Shown in pieces: positions 1-8,635 of a DNA stretch of 32,000 bases. A program made the translations under genes and the position numbers. Where the stretch lies: contig NZ_CP042911.1 of assembly GCF_008065095.1 (NCBI RefSeq), forward strand, positions 7,410,001 to 7,442,000, given 5' to 3'. Under the pieces are notes generated by a model. That model searched no databases. It worked only from the letters and a program-made list of their open reading frames with translations, and had not been told where the DNA came from. Numbering within the stretch: position 1 is the first letter of the stretch; the number at the start of each line of letters is the position of its first letter. The stretch comes from Gemmata obscuriglobus (lineage in GTDB: Bacteria > Planctomycetota > Planctomycetia > Gemmatales > Gemmataceae).

Positions 1-1
1 C

Positions 2-916
2 GCCGCGGCGGCGCTGATGTTCCTCACCTCGATTGGGTCGGTCGGGGCGATGCGGGGGGTCGGATTGGGATCGGCGGACGCCGGTGTTATCAGACCGCCC
101 TTGGTGCCGGTGCCGAAAGTGGCCGATCTGCCGGCCACGCCATCCGCCGTTAATTTCTGCCCCGAACTGACTGATGAAGAGGTGACCCGCGCCCTCCGCA
201 ACGGGCAGCGCGTCGAGTTACTCGGCCGGACCGGACCGCGGACCCCGATCGGGTGGGGCCTGAACCCCTGTCCGGTCACACTGCCGGAAGAAGGCGGCAA
301 CGGCCTCGTGCTCAAAGGCCGGGAGGGTTGCGCCCTCCAACTTCTTGCCGACCCGGGCATCGACAGCTATCGGATCCGCGCCGAACTTCGCCAGGACCTC
401 CGGACCCCACCGGTCGGGCCGGTCGGCAGCAGAATGCCCCAGGTGCCTCGCGTCGGGATCGTCCTCGGGTACCGTCGCATCAAGGCGAAGGACCGCATCG
501 TTAATGCGTTTGTGACCGCAACGATTTGTGAATCGGGACAGAATGGGCAAGAGGCCGGCGAGGCCGCATTGACGGATCACGGTGTGATCGAATACCCGCT
601 GCAACCGTCTTCTTCGGCTATTCACCCCAAGGGACGCTGCCCGCTCACCGCGAACGAAAAGGCGCCGTCGGCCCGCGTACTGGAAGTTGACGTGACTCCG
701 CAGAAGCTCGTTTTCCGCCACGGGGGCCAGGAGCTGATCCAGTCGGCCCAACTCCAGGAGCACTGGGTTTGCATCGAACAGGCGCTGAACGCGAACCCGC
801 AGCTCGGGGGACAGGTCCATCTTGGTGAGTGGTCCTCTCGGCGCCCGGTCGGCATTTGGGTCCAGGAGTCGTGGGCGACTGTACTCAGCTTCAGTATCGA
901 GCCGCTGCCCAAATAG
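2..916 (+). CDS. hypothetical protein, probably 5'-truncated by the window edge (about 300 C-terminal aa)
   Basis: Frame 2 is open from the first base (AAAAL precedes ATG 17). Stop TAG is at 914-916. Third codon positions are GC-rich. No family recognised by eye. Overlapping ORFs on other frames have Arg/Pro-rich junk composition. Confidence 0.45.
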   Translation, partial: AAAALMFLTSIGSVGAMRGVGLGSADAGVIRPPLVPVPKVADLPATPSAVNFCPELTDEEVTRALRNGQRVELLGRTGPRTPIGWGLNPCPVTLPEEGGNGLVLKGREGCALQLLADPGIDSYRIRAELRQDLRTPPVGPVGSRMPQVPRVGIVLGYRRIKAKDRIVNAFVTATICESGQNGQEAGEAALTDHGVIEYPLQPSSSAIHPKGRCPLTANEKAPSARVLEVDVTPQKLVFRHGGQELIQSAQLQEHWVCIEQALNANPQLGGQVHLGEWSSRRPVGIWVQESWATVLSFSIEPLPK

Positions 917-931
917 CGGGGAGAGGTTTCC

Positions 932-1237
932 ATGGCGTCACAAGTTTCGATCTCCAACCTGGGCAACAACGATTCCAAATTGGTCCCTTACAACCTCGCG
1001 GTGACGTACAGCGCAGACGAAAGTGGGTTGGAAGTGGTCATCGAGTACAACGGCATTTCCGTGGCGGCGCAGGACGCCTCCCACACGTCCGGGTCGCTCT
1101 CATTCTCCCTGAACTATCTCAGCAACACCATTGGTGAGACGGTCCGAGCCGTTCTGCGTGTCAAAGCTAATCCCAGTAATCGAGTCTACGTGGACACCCG
1201 CACCGGACTCAGCTTCGAAACCGACAGCCCCCCTTGA
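932..1237 (+). CDS. small hypothetical protein (101 aa, Ser/Asn/Val-rich, beta-strand-like)
   Basis: ATG 932 lies 5 nt after a strong SD-like GGGGAGAGG (917-926) and 16 nt after the upstream stop. Composition is non-junk. No homology recognised. Confidence 0.45.
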   Translation: MASQVSISNLGNNDSKLVPYNLAVTYSADESGLEVVIEYNGISVAAQDASHTSGSLSFSLNYLSNTIGETVRAVLRVKANPSNRVYVDTRTGLSFETDSPP

Positions 1238-1527
1238 TGGCACGAGTCGGTTCGTTGCGCTTACGTGATTTCGCACCCGGGGTTCGCAAACGCGCGCTGC
1301 GCCAGTTTCTGCGGGTTGGGTTCGGGGAGCGGTGCTCAAACACGTCAACTTGAGCGGCGGACCGGAGTGAACTCGTCTTCGGCCCGGCCGGCAACCTTTT
1401 GACGGCCGCCGGCCGCGGTCGCCTCCGGTTCCGGGCGGCATCTCTATCTATAACAGCAACGCACCCGGGCGCGGATCGGGGTCGGTTTGTGCCCGCGGCT
1501 CACGCTTTAAGAAGGAACGCCTAGCTC

Positions 1528-3066
1528 ATGGCCGACGCCATCACACAACGCGCGACGAACTACGCCCAGTGGTACCTGGACATCGTCAAAGAGGCCGGGC
1601 TGGCCGACAACTCCGACGTCCGCGGGTGCATGGTCATCAAGCCCACCGGGTTCGCGCTGTGGGAGAAGATGCAGAAGGCCCTCGACGGCCTGTTCAAGAG
1701 CACCGGCCACGTCAACGCGTACTTCCCGCTGTTCATCCCCATGAGCTTCCTCGCGAAGGAGGAGCAGATGGCGGAGGGGTTCGCCAAGGAGTGCGCGGTG
1801 GTCACCCACTACCGGCTCAAGGCCGAGCCCGGGAAGCCCCTGCACGTCGACCCCGCCGCGGAACTCGAGGAGCCGCTGATCGTCCGCCCCACGTCCGAAA
1901 CGATCATCTGGAACACCTACAAGAAGTGGGTCCAGAGCTACCGCGACCTGCCGCTCCTCATCAACCAGTGGGCGAACGTGGTGCGCTGGGAGATGCGCAC
2001 CCGGCTGTTCCTGCGCACCGCCGAGTTCCTCTGGCAAGAGGGCCACACCGCGCACGCCACCGCGAAGGAGGCCGAGGAGGAGACCCTCCAGATGGTCCGC
2101 GTGTACCAGAAGTTCGCGGAAGAGTGGATGGCGATGCCCGTGCTGGTCGGTCCCAAGACCGACGGCCAGAAGTTCCCCGGGGCCGTGTACACGCTCTGCA
2201 TCGAGGCGATGATGCAGGACGGCAAGGCGCTCCAGGCCGGCACGTCGCACTTCCTCGGACAGAACTTCGCGAAGGCGTTCGACGTGAAGTTCAAGGACCA
2301 GAGCAACAAGGAAGAGTACGCGTGGGCCACGAGTTGGGGCGTGAGCACGCGCCTCATCGGCGGGCTCATCATGACGCACTCCGACGACAACGGGCTGGTG
2401 GTCCCGCCCCGGCTCGCGCCGACGCACGTCGTGATCGTGCCCCTCGGGAAGAACGACGCCGAGCGCGGCCCCTCGATCGCGGCGGCCGAGAAGTTGGCCG
2501 CCGAACTCCGCGCGCTGCCCCGTGACGACTTCTTCGGGTACGAGCCGATCAGCGTGAAGATCGACACGATGTTCGACAAGCAGCCCGGGTTCCGGTACGC
2601 GGAGCACGAGGTGCGCGGGGTGCCGGTGCGGGTCGAGATCGGGCCGAAGGACATTGAGAAGGGTGCTTGCGCGGTCGCCCGACGGGACGTACCCGGTAAG
2701 GAGGGCAAGCAGTTCGGTATCCCGCTGCCCGGGGCCGCGGAGCACATCAGCAAGTTGCTCCGGGACATCCAGGCGAGCCTGTTCGCCCGGGCCAAGACCT
2801 ACCGCGACGCGAACCTCGTCACCGCGAACACACTCGACGAATTCAAGGCGCTCTTCCCGGTCGAGAAGGACGAGGGCGGCACGACGGGCGGGCTGAAGTT
2901 CGTGCTGGCGCACTGGGACGGCACCCGCGAGACCGAGGACCGCGTGCAGGCCGAGTACAAGGCCACCATCCGGTGCCTACCGTTCGACGGGCCGCAGGAG
3001 TCCGGGACCTGCATCTTCACAGGCAAGCCCAGCGCACGAAAGGTCGTGTTCGCCCGCGCTTACTAA
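1528..3066 (+). CDS. proS: proline--tRNA ligase, archaeal/eukaryotic-like type with C-terminal domain ending in Tyr
   Basis: 512 aa. Class II aaRS motifs are present ([60 protein letters not shown]). An anticodon-binding block and a terminal ...VFARAY follow. GAAGGA lies 11 nt upstream of the ATG. Confidence 0.95.
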   Translation: MADAITQRATNYAQWYLDIVKEAGLADNSDVRGCMVIKPTGFALWEKMQKALDGLFKSTGHVNAYFPLFIPMSFLAKEEQMAEGFAKECAVVTHYRLKAEPGKPLHVDPAAELEEPLIVRPTSETIIWNTYKKWVQSYRDLPLLINQWANVVRWEMRTRLFLRTAEFLWQEGHTAHATAKEAEEETLQMVRVYQKFAEEWMAMPVLVGPKTDGQKFPGAVYTLCIEAMMQDGKALQAGTSHFLGQNFAKAFDVKFKDQSNKEEYAWATSWGVSTRLIGGLIMTHSDDNGLVVPPRLAPTHVVIVPLGKNDAERGPSIAAAEKLAAELRALPRDDFFGYEPISVKIDTMFDKQPGFRYAEHEVRGVPVRVEIGPKDIEKGACAVARRDVPGKEGKQFGIPLPGAAEHISKLLRDIQASLFARAKTYRDANLVTANTLDEFKALFPVEKDEGGTTGGLKFVLAHWDGTRETEDRVQAEYKATIRCLPFDGPQESGTCIFTGKPSARKVVFARAY

Positions 3067-3077
3067 TTCACCATCCC

Positions 3078-3200
3078 GTTAAGGTCTTCGGGTCACAAGT
3101 CGTCAGGTCAGCAATTCATAACGTCGCAAGCCATTGCCGCCGCTGTATTTGTAACGTTATGACTTACCGGCCTGACGACTTGTGACCCGAAGACCTTAAC
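3078..3200. repeat. long palindrome: perfect 30-bp arms with a 63-nt spacer that holds a second 8-bp pair
   Basis: 3078-3107 gttaaggtcttcgggtcacaagtcgtcagg is the exact reverse complement of 3171-3200. The inner pair is cataacgt 3117-3124 / acgttatg 3154-3161. It starts 12 nt after the proS stop and no T-tract follows. Confidence 0.85.
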
Positions 3201-3517
3201 CGCACACCACTTCCCACAAAAATCGGCACCGCTTTCGCTATCTTCCCAGTCGTTCTAGTCGCCACCTGCACCGATTTGGGGCGGGTATAATGACTACCGG
3301 CAGGTCGGCCACAATTGCTTTTGTTAACTTAGCTAGTCTGGGTAAGCATTCGCCTAAACGTAATTGCACGTCACTTGCTTCGCGCCTGACGTGATCTCTT
3401 CCGCCCGGCGCGGAAGGTTCCGAATATTCCGGTTTTTCGGACGAATTTCTCAGACGCGTTGGCTTCCTGTTCTACGGTTCCGCTACATCTGGAGTTTGGC
3501 ACCTTGAGGGCTTGATC

Positions 3518-3826
3518 ATGATGCTCACCCTTCTAACGGTCGGCGGCGTTGCCCTCAGCCTTGCGGCGGCTTACATGGTTACCGCGAAAGCCAAAGAAGT
3601 GGTGCTCGCGAGCGACAACACGGTCGTCGGCCTGTCCGATCCGGCCGCGGACACGCTCGCCACCGGCTGTCACTTTCAGGCCGTTACTCTGAGCGAATGG
3701 AACCTCGCGACCGTGACCGCCCTGAGCGACGCCGAGGAACTCCTCGACGTGCTCGAGTGTCAGGGTTACGCCGAGCGCGAACTGATGGTCCTGGGCAACT
3801 CCTGCTTCACCGTGCGGTGGCGGTAG
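3518..3826 (+). CDS. small membrane-anchored hypothetical protein (about 102 aa)
   Basis: ATG 3518 lies 7 nt after GAGGG (3506-3510); the ORF track starts at TTG 3512. An N-terminal hydrophobic helix (LTLLTVGGVALSLAAAYMV) is present and codons are GC3-rich. No family recognised. Confidence 0.5.
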   Translation: MMLTLLTVGGVALSLAAAYMVTAKAKEVVLASDNTVVGLSDPAADTLATGCHFQAVTLSEWNLATVTALSDAEELLDVLECQGYAERELMVLGNSCFTVRWR

Positions 3827-3828
3827 GT

Positions 3829-3985
3829 CAAAAGTCGCAAGTCCACAAGTCCCAAGTCCGCAAGTCGTAAGGCCGAAGCCCCTCACACCGGAGGTCTTCG
3901 GCCTTACGACTTGCGGACTTGCCACTCCCGGACTTGCGACTCCCGGACTTGTGGCTTGCGACCTGCGGACTTGGGACTTGCGACT
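3829..3985. repeat. composite palindrome built from GGACTTG/CAAGTCC heptamer units, filling the gap between convergent genes
   Basis: The core arms, 3854-3878 and 3896-3920, are exact reverse complements (25 bp, plus one more pair 3853/3921). About 4 CAAGTCC-type units lie to the left and about 7 GGACTTG-type units to the right. It shares the 10-mer aggtcttcgg with the 3078-3200 palindrome. Confidence 0.85.
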
Positions 3986-3989
3986 CCTC

Positions 3990-5129
3990 TTAAGTGTTCG
4001 CGTTCCACCAGTCTTCGGCCAGCGCGAACGACATGGTCATCCCAAGGCCGCCGGGGGCCACCGCGATCACACACCCGGGGTGCGGCTCGTGCGTCACGAA
4101 GTGCTTCTCCGGGTGCTTCGCGTAGATCCCGTGCCACCGCGCGCCGATCGTCCAGTCCGGCACGTCGATCATCGTCCGGATTTCTTTCAGAATCAGTTCA
4201 TCGATCTCGGTCTTGTCGAACACGCTGATGTCGGCGTCGTACTCGTGCGAGTCGCCGATCACCACCTCGCCCCGGTCGTTCTGCGCCGCCATCACGTGGA
4301 TGCCGTATTTCACGTACTCGGGCATGGTGGCCGCGATCCGGGCCTTGAGCGCCGGCAGGGTGGAGCACAGCTCGAACGCCTTGTAGTGGCACAGCGTGAG
4401 GCCGCCGGCGATGTGGGTGCCGGCGCGCCAACCGTTGGGCTGCGGTCGCGTCTTCATCATCTGGAGCTTGCACCGGCGGATGCCGCTGGCCGCGAACGTC
4501 TCCGGGAACAGCGTCTCGAAGTCGGCCCCGGAGCACACGAAGACGCGGTCCGCCCGCCACACGTCGCCGGCGGCGGTGCGGACCTGCGGCGCGTCCACGC
4601 TCGTCACCGCCTCGCCGAGCCGCAACTGCACGCCGTGGGCCTCCGCCAGGAACCGCGGCAGCCGGGCGAGCGTGTCCGGCGGGTTCACCGCCAGTTCGGT
4701 GGGGCTGTGGAGGGCGCCGCGGAACCCAGCCGGGTTGATCGCCGGGAACCGGCCCAGCGCGTCGGCGCGCGGCAGGTACTCGCACCGGATCCCGCCGGGG
4801 CGCGCCAGCTCCGCGAACTCCCGGAGCAGCGCGTCCTCGTCGTCGTCGTGGGCGACGTGCAGCGACCCGCACTCGGACACCCACAGCCCGGCCCGCTCCT
4901 TCAGTTCCAGCCACCGCGCCCGGCTCCGGAGCGCCCGGTCGTAGGCCGGCCCCGGCAGTTGGCCGATCGGCCACACCATCCCGAAGTTCCGCACCGACGC
5001 GCCTTGTGGCCCCGGGGTGCGGTCGAACAGCACGACCGAGTGCCCCCGCCGCGCCGCCTCCCACGCGAACGCCAGGCCGACGATGCCCGCGCCCACCACC
5101 GCCACGTCCGCCCGCTTGTCACTGGACAC
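3990..5129 (-). CDS. FAD-dependent oxidoreductase (DAO family; resembles the TIGR03364 subgroup from memory, unverified)
   Basis: 379 aa. The N-terminal dinucleotide-binding motif is VAVVGAGIVGLAFAWEAARRG. GTG start at 5129 has GGAGGG 5-6 nt upstream. It overlaps the upstream regulator gene by 11 nt. Confidence 0.85.
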   Translation of the reverse strand: MSSDKRADVAVVGAGIVGLAFAWEAARRGHSVVLFDRTPGPQGASVRNFGMVWPIGQLPGPAYDRALRSRARWLELKERAGLWVSECGSLHVAHDDDEDALLREFAELARPGGIRCEYLPRADALGRFPAINPAGFRGALHSPTELAVNPPDTLARLPRFLAEAHGVQLRLGEAVTSVDAPQVRTAAGDVWRADRVFVCSGADFETLFPETFAASGIRRCKLQMMKTRPQPNGWRAGTHIAGGLTLCHYKAFELCSTLPALKARIAATMPEYVKYGIHVMAAQNDRGEVVIGDSHEYDADISVFDKTEIDELILKEIRTMIDVPDWTIGARWHGIYAKHPEKHFVTHEPHPGCVIAVAPGGLGMTMSFALAEDWWNANT

Positions 5130-6273
5130 TGTACCCTCCGTCCGCCGTGCGCTGGACCCCGATGGAACTCTCGCGGACGATCAGGTGCCCGGGCACGACC
5201 ACCTTCAGGGGCCGCCGCCCCGGGTTCTGGCGCCGCTCCCGCATGAGCCGCACCGCCTGCTCCGCCATACCCTCCGACGGGTACGCGTACGTCGTGATGC
5301 CGATGGCGAACTGCTCCCCGATGGGCAGGTCGTCGGCGCCGACCACGGCCACGTCGTCGGGCACCTTCAGCCCGCGGTTGAGCAGCTCGAAGATGAGCCC
5401 CATCGCGGTGTAGTCCTGGTAGCAGAGCACGCCGTCCAGCCCGTGCTGCCGGATCTGGTCCGCCAGGACCGAGTACGCCTCGCGGTTGGACTGGTCGGAG
5501 TTCTGGTACAGCACCACCGGCTCGAGCTTCGGGCCGGTGCGCGTCTGGTTCGCCGCGTGCAGCGCGAACAGGTACCCGGACACCTTGTCGTTGTGGCTGC
5601 TGGTCGGCGAGGCGACCACGATCCCGACGCGCCGGCGCCCGAGGTCCAGCAGGTGCCGGGTGCAGCGGGCGGCCCCGTCCAGGTCGTCGGCCGCCACCAG
5701 GTCGTGGCTCAGCTCGCGGTTGTTCCCGCGCAGGTTCCGCTCGAGCAGCACCACCGGCAGCCCCTCCGCCCGGCACGCGTCGAGGAACCGCTCGTCCAGC
5801 CGCGTCTCCGGGTCGCTGTGACGGGACGGGAGCAAGAACGCCCCGCCGACGCCGGCGTCCCGGGCCCGCCGCACCGTGATGCGGAGCTGCGTCTCGGTCA
5901 GGTTCTGGGCCAGCGGGAACGCGTCCGATTCGAGGTGCATCGGCTCGCGCCGGGCGAGCGCCTCGAACCCGACCCGGCTCAGGCTGATGGTGGCCTTCTG
6001 CCACGGCCCCGGGGTGAGCCGCAGCACCAGCGCCCACCGGTCTGCGGTCGGCGGCGGCACCCGGACGCTGCCGGACCGCTCGACCGTGTGGATCAGCCCC
6101 TTGTCGCGCAGGATCTGGAGCGCCCGCGACGCGGTCACGACGCTCACCCCGTGCTGCGTGGCGATCCCGCGCACGCTCGGCATCCGGCCGCCGTCCCACT
6201 TGCCGGTGCCGATCTGGACCTCCAGCGCGGCGGCCACTTCCACGTACTTCGGTGCCCCGTTCGACTCGCTCAT
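5119..6273 (-). CDS. transcriptional regulator: GntR-type winged HTH fused to a LacI/periplasmic-binding-protein-like sugar-binding domain
   Basis: 384 aa. The N-terminus (MPSVRGIATQHGVSVVTASRALQILRDKGLI) is a GntR-like HTH. The C-terminal about 270 aa has a LacI-family ligand-domain pattern (GIVVASP..., VVGADD...). Confidence 0.8.
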   Translation of the reverse strand: MSESNGAPKYVEVAAALEVQIGTGKWDGGRMPSVRGIATQHGVSVVTASRALQILRDKGLIHTVERSGSVRVPPPTADRWALVLRLTPGPWQKATISLSRVGFEALARREPMHLESDAFPLAQNLTETQLRITVRRARDAGVGGAFLLPSRHSDPETRLDERFLDACRAEGLPVVLLERNLRGNNRELSHDLVAADDLDGAARCTRHLLDLGRRRVGIVVASPTSSHNDKVSGYLFALHAANQTRTGPKLEPVVLYQNSDQSNREAYSVLADQIRQHGLDGVLCYQDYTAMGLIFELLNRGLKVPDDVAVVGADDLPIGEQFAIGITTYAYPSEGMAEQAVRLMRERRQNPGRRPLKVVVPGHLIVRESSIGVQRTADGGYSVQ

Positions 6274-6358
6274 GAGCGTTCCGTTGGACGGCTGGTGGTG
6301 CCCGGGTTCGCAGCGCCGGTCGTGGCGCGCGGCGGCCCGGTCCGGAACATTCCTATGT

Positions 6359-6410
6359 ACGCGTGTGCGCGGCGGCGCGACTTTCGGACCGGGCCGCCGC
6401 GCACACGCGT
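6359..6410 (-). terminator. GC-rich hairpin directly after the phosphatase gene (18-bp perfect stem), no clear U-tract
   Basis: 6359-6376 acgcgtgtgcgcggcggc is the exact reverse complement of 6393-6410. The right arm abuts the stop codon (tca 6410-6412). An alternative pairing exists, 6331-6344 with 6385-6398. Confidence 0.45.
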
Positions 6411-8311
6411 CAGTCCTTCTTGATCGTGAACTGGTCGAACAGCCGCCCCTCCTGGTCGAACGCGTGCAACTTGAATGTCCCCTGGTGGACCGTGACGTAG
6501 CAGAAGTGGTGGTCCGACCGGAACTGGTCCTTGAAGAACGGCGGGGTCGGTGCGAAGTTCTCCAGTCCGCCGCCGCCGCCGCCGCTGGTCACGTACATGA
6601 TGCCGTTCTTCTGGTCCACCTTGCCGGCGCGGATCGGCCACGACCGCTCGTACACGTGAACGTGGCCGTTGAACACCACGTCCACGTTGTACTTCTCGTA
6701 CAGGGTCACGAAGCTGCGCACCCGCACGTCGCCGTAGGTGCTGCTGCCCTTCCAGGTGTTGCCGTAGTCGTCGTCGTCCGAGCAGTACGCCGGGTGGTGG
6801 TGGTAGCACACCTTCCACTTCGCGGTGGACGCGGCCAGCGCCTTGTCCAGCCACTTGTACTGCTCGCCGTCCGCCTTCAGGTTGCGGCGCGAGTTGGTGT
6901 CGAGCACGAAGAACTCGGCGTTGCCGTAGGCGAACGAGTAGTAGTACTCGGGCTTCGGCAGGGAGAAGTATTTGTAGTATTGCGGGTGATCCTTCTCGTG
7001 GTTGCCGATGGTCGGGAACACCGCCACCCGGCTGAACAGTTCGGCGCACGGCTTGAACAGGTCGCCGGTCCACTGCTGCTTCGAGGCCCCGTCGTCGACC
7101 ACGTCGCCGCAGTGGATCACGAAGTTCGGCCGCCGCTCCCACATCAGCTTTGCGACCTTCCCCGTCACCACCGGGTTGCGCTGCGTGTCGCCGATCACCG
7201 TGAAGCTGTACGCGTCGTTCGGGCCGGGCGCGGTCATGAAGGTCGAGGGCTTGCCCTCCAGTTTGCGGCCCTGCGCGTCGGTGCAGACGACGCGGTAGAA
7301 GTACGTCGTGTTCGGCTCCAAACCCGCGAGCGGCACCTCGCCCATCACGTTCGGCCCCTCCACCTTCGCTTGCAGCTTCGGCGGGAACGTGGGGCCGTAC
7401 TCCACCACCGCGGCGCACGGCTCGTCGGTCTCCCACATGACCGTGACGCCCGTGCGGGTCACGGACTGGAGGTACGGCGCGATCACGAACCGCGGCCCCT
7501 CCGGCACCGCCGACGGCGCCTCCGCGAGCGCGCGGTCGGCCGCGAAGTGCGCCGACACCTGCGCCGCGTCCACGGCGTGCGGGCACAGGGCCACTTCTTT
7601 GATCGCGCCGAACAGCGGGAAGTCCTCGTCCCGGTCCTTGTAGCGCCCGATCACGAGCGGCGCCTCCTTCGCGTGCAGCACGGGCCCGGACTGCGAGTCG
7701 CTCGTGGCGTCCAACTGTCCGTTCACGAACAGCCGCATTTGTTTGCCGTCGTACACCGCCGCGACGTGGTACCACTTGCCCCGCTGGTACTCGGTCTTCG
7801 ACTCCAGGTAGGTCATCTTGCCGTCGCCGTCGTCGGCCCCCTTCGTCGAGAGGCCGAAGAAGAAACGCTTGAGATTCGAGCCCACAACGAAGCCGGCCTC
7901 CGCGGGGCCGTTGTCCTGGAAGCAGCCGAGGATGCCGGCCCACTCGGTCGGCTCGTCGACCCGGACCCACGCCACAACCGAGAGAGCCTCTGTCGGCAGG
8001 AACGGGGCGCCCGCGGTCGCACGCTCCTTAATCATCGCGCCGTCGTCCGGCCCCGTAAGATGCAGAAACGAGACATTTCCGCCCTCGCTCGTGACGACCT
8101 TTGCGCCACCGGTGAGGGTGGCGGGCAGCTTACCGGCCCGGTCGGCGACCGTTTTGGCCGCAAGTTGGTCAACATCGAACACCCAGTGCGCCGAAGCCTT
8201 CAGGTCCGGCTTGGGCGCGGCGGTCAGCGCCTCGTTGCGAACCAGCGCGACCACCAAAACAGCGAGAACACACGCACCGGCCGCGCACACTTTCGCCCAC
8301 GTTTTGGTCAC
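6410..8311 (-). CDS. secreted LamG/concanavalin-like domain fused to a purple-acid-phosphatase-type metallophosphoesterase
   Basis: 633 aa with an N-terminal signal/anchor (CAAGACVLAVLVVALV). Metallophosphoesterase motifs are GDTQ, HCGDVVDDG, GNHE, YHHHP and GHVHVYERS. A beta-sandwich region precedes them. GTG start at 8311. Confidence 0.85.
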   Translation of the reverse strand: MTKTWAKVCAAGACVLAVLVVALVRNEALTAAPKPDLKASAHWVFDVDQLAAKTVADRAGKLPATLTGGAKVVTSEGGNVSFLHLTGPDDGAMIKERATAGAPFLPTEALSVVAWVRVDEPTEWAGILGCFQDNGPAEAGFVVGSNLKRFFFGLSTKGADDGDGKMTYLESKTEYQRGKWYHVAAVYDGKQMRLFVNGQLDATSDSQSGPVLHAKEAPLVIGRYKDRDEDFPLFGAIKEVALCPHAVDAAQVSAHFAADRALAEAPSAVPEGPRFVIAPYLQSVTRTGVTVMWETDEPCAAVVEYGPTFPPKLQAKVEGPNVMGEVPLAGLEPNTTYFYRVVCTDAQGRKLEGKPSTFMTAPGPNDAYSFTVIGDTQRNPVVTGKVAKLMWERRPNFVIHCGDVVDDGASKQQWTGDLFKPCAELFSRVAVFPTIGNHEKDHPQYYKYFSLPKPEYYYSFAYGNAEFFVLDTNSRRNLKADGEQYKWLDKALAASTAKWKVCYHHHPAYCSDDDDYGNTWKGSSTYGDVRVRSFVTLYEKYNVDVVFNGHVHVYERSWPIRAGKVDQKNGIMYVTSGGGGGGLENFAPTPPFFKDQFRSDHHFCYVTVHQGTFKLHAFDQEGRLFDQFTIKKD

Positions 8312-8635
8312 GTGTCACCCGGGGGTCAGCGTATACTGTACTACACAACGTCAAGGCAGGGGCTACACAGAAGTCTAATAACCGCCGGTTCAGACGTGTG
8401 TGTAAAACGGGTGAAATTAACGAACGCGTCTAACCCCGCGACTTGCGCCAACAATTTGCCCGTGCGTCCGTTGAGTTCGTTGACAGTGGCAGTGCGAGAG
8501 TGATACCGTGAACCCAACGGGCACCTCGCGGCCCGAACGCTTACGTCCCCCGCTCACCGCCGGCGCCACCCGCGCCCCGGACCGCCGAAACCTGGAGTCC
8601 GCGGGCGGTTCCGCCCGCACCCGGAGAACCGCAAT

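Noticed and set aside
1507-2913. 468-aa ORF antisense to proS, plus other overlapping frames (1569-2525, 1938-2795)
   Set aside because: Composition is Arg/Leu/Gly/Pro/His-rich, typical of off-frame reading of GC-rich coding DNA. The proS frame has unambiguous aaRS motifs.
3329-3360. tRNA-like D-arm resemblance (ttagctagtctgggtaagcattcgcct)
   Set aside because: No acceptor stem, no T-arm (GTTCGAAT-type) at the proper distance and no cloverleaf can be drawn.
4901-8503. Very long ORFs 4901-6199(-), 5017-6423(+), 5876-8503(+, 875 aa), 6270-7970(-), 3951-5246(+) and 4198-5064(-)
   Set aside because: All overlap the motif-supported oxidoreductase, regulator and phosphatase genes. All have Arg/Pro/Gly/His-dominated junk composition with no recognisable domains.
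8480-8507. Sigma70-like promoter TTGACA (8480-8485), 16 nt, GATACC upstream of the PilMN gene
   Set aside because: The -35 is perfect but the -10 is weak (3/6), and promoter consensus in this lineage is uncertain. There is not enough evidence to annotate it as a feature.
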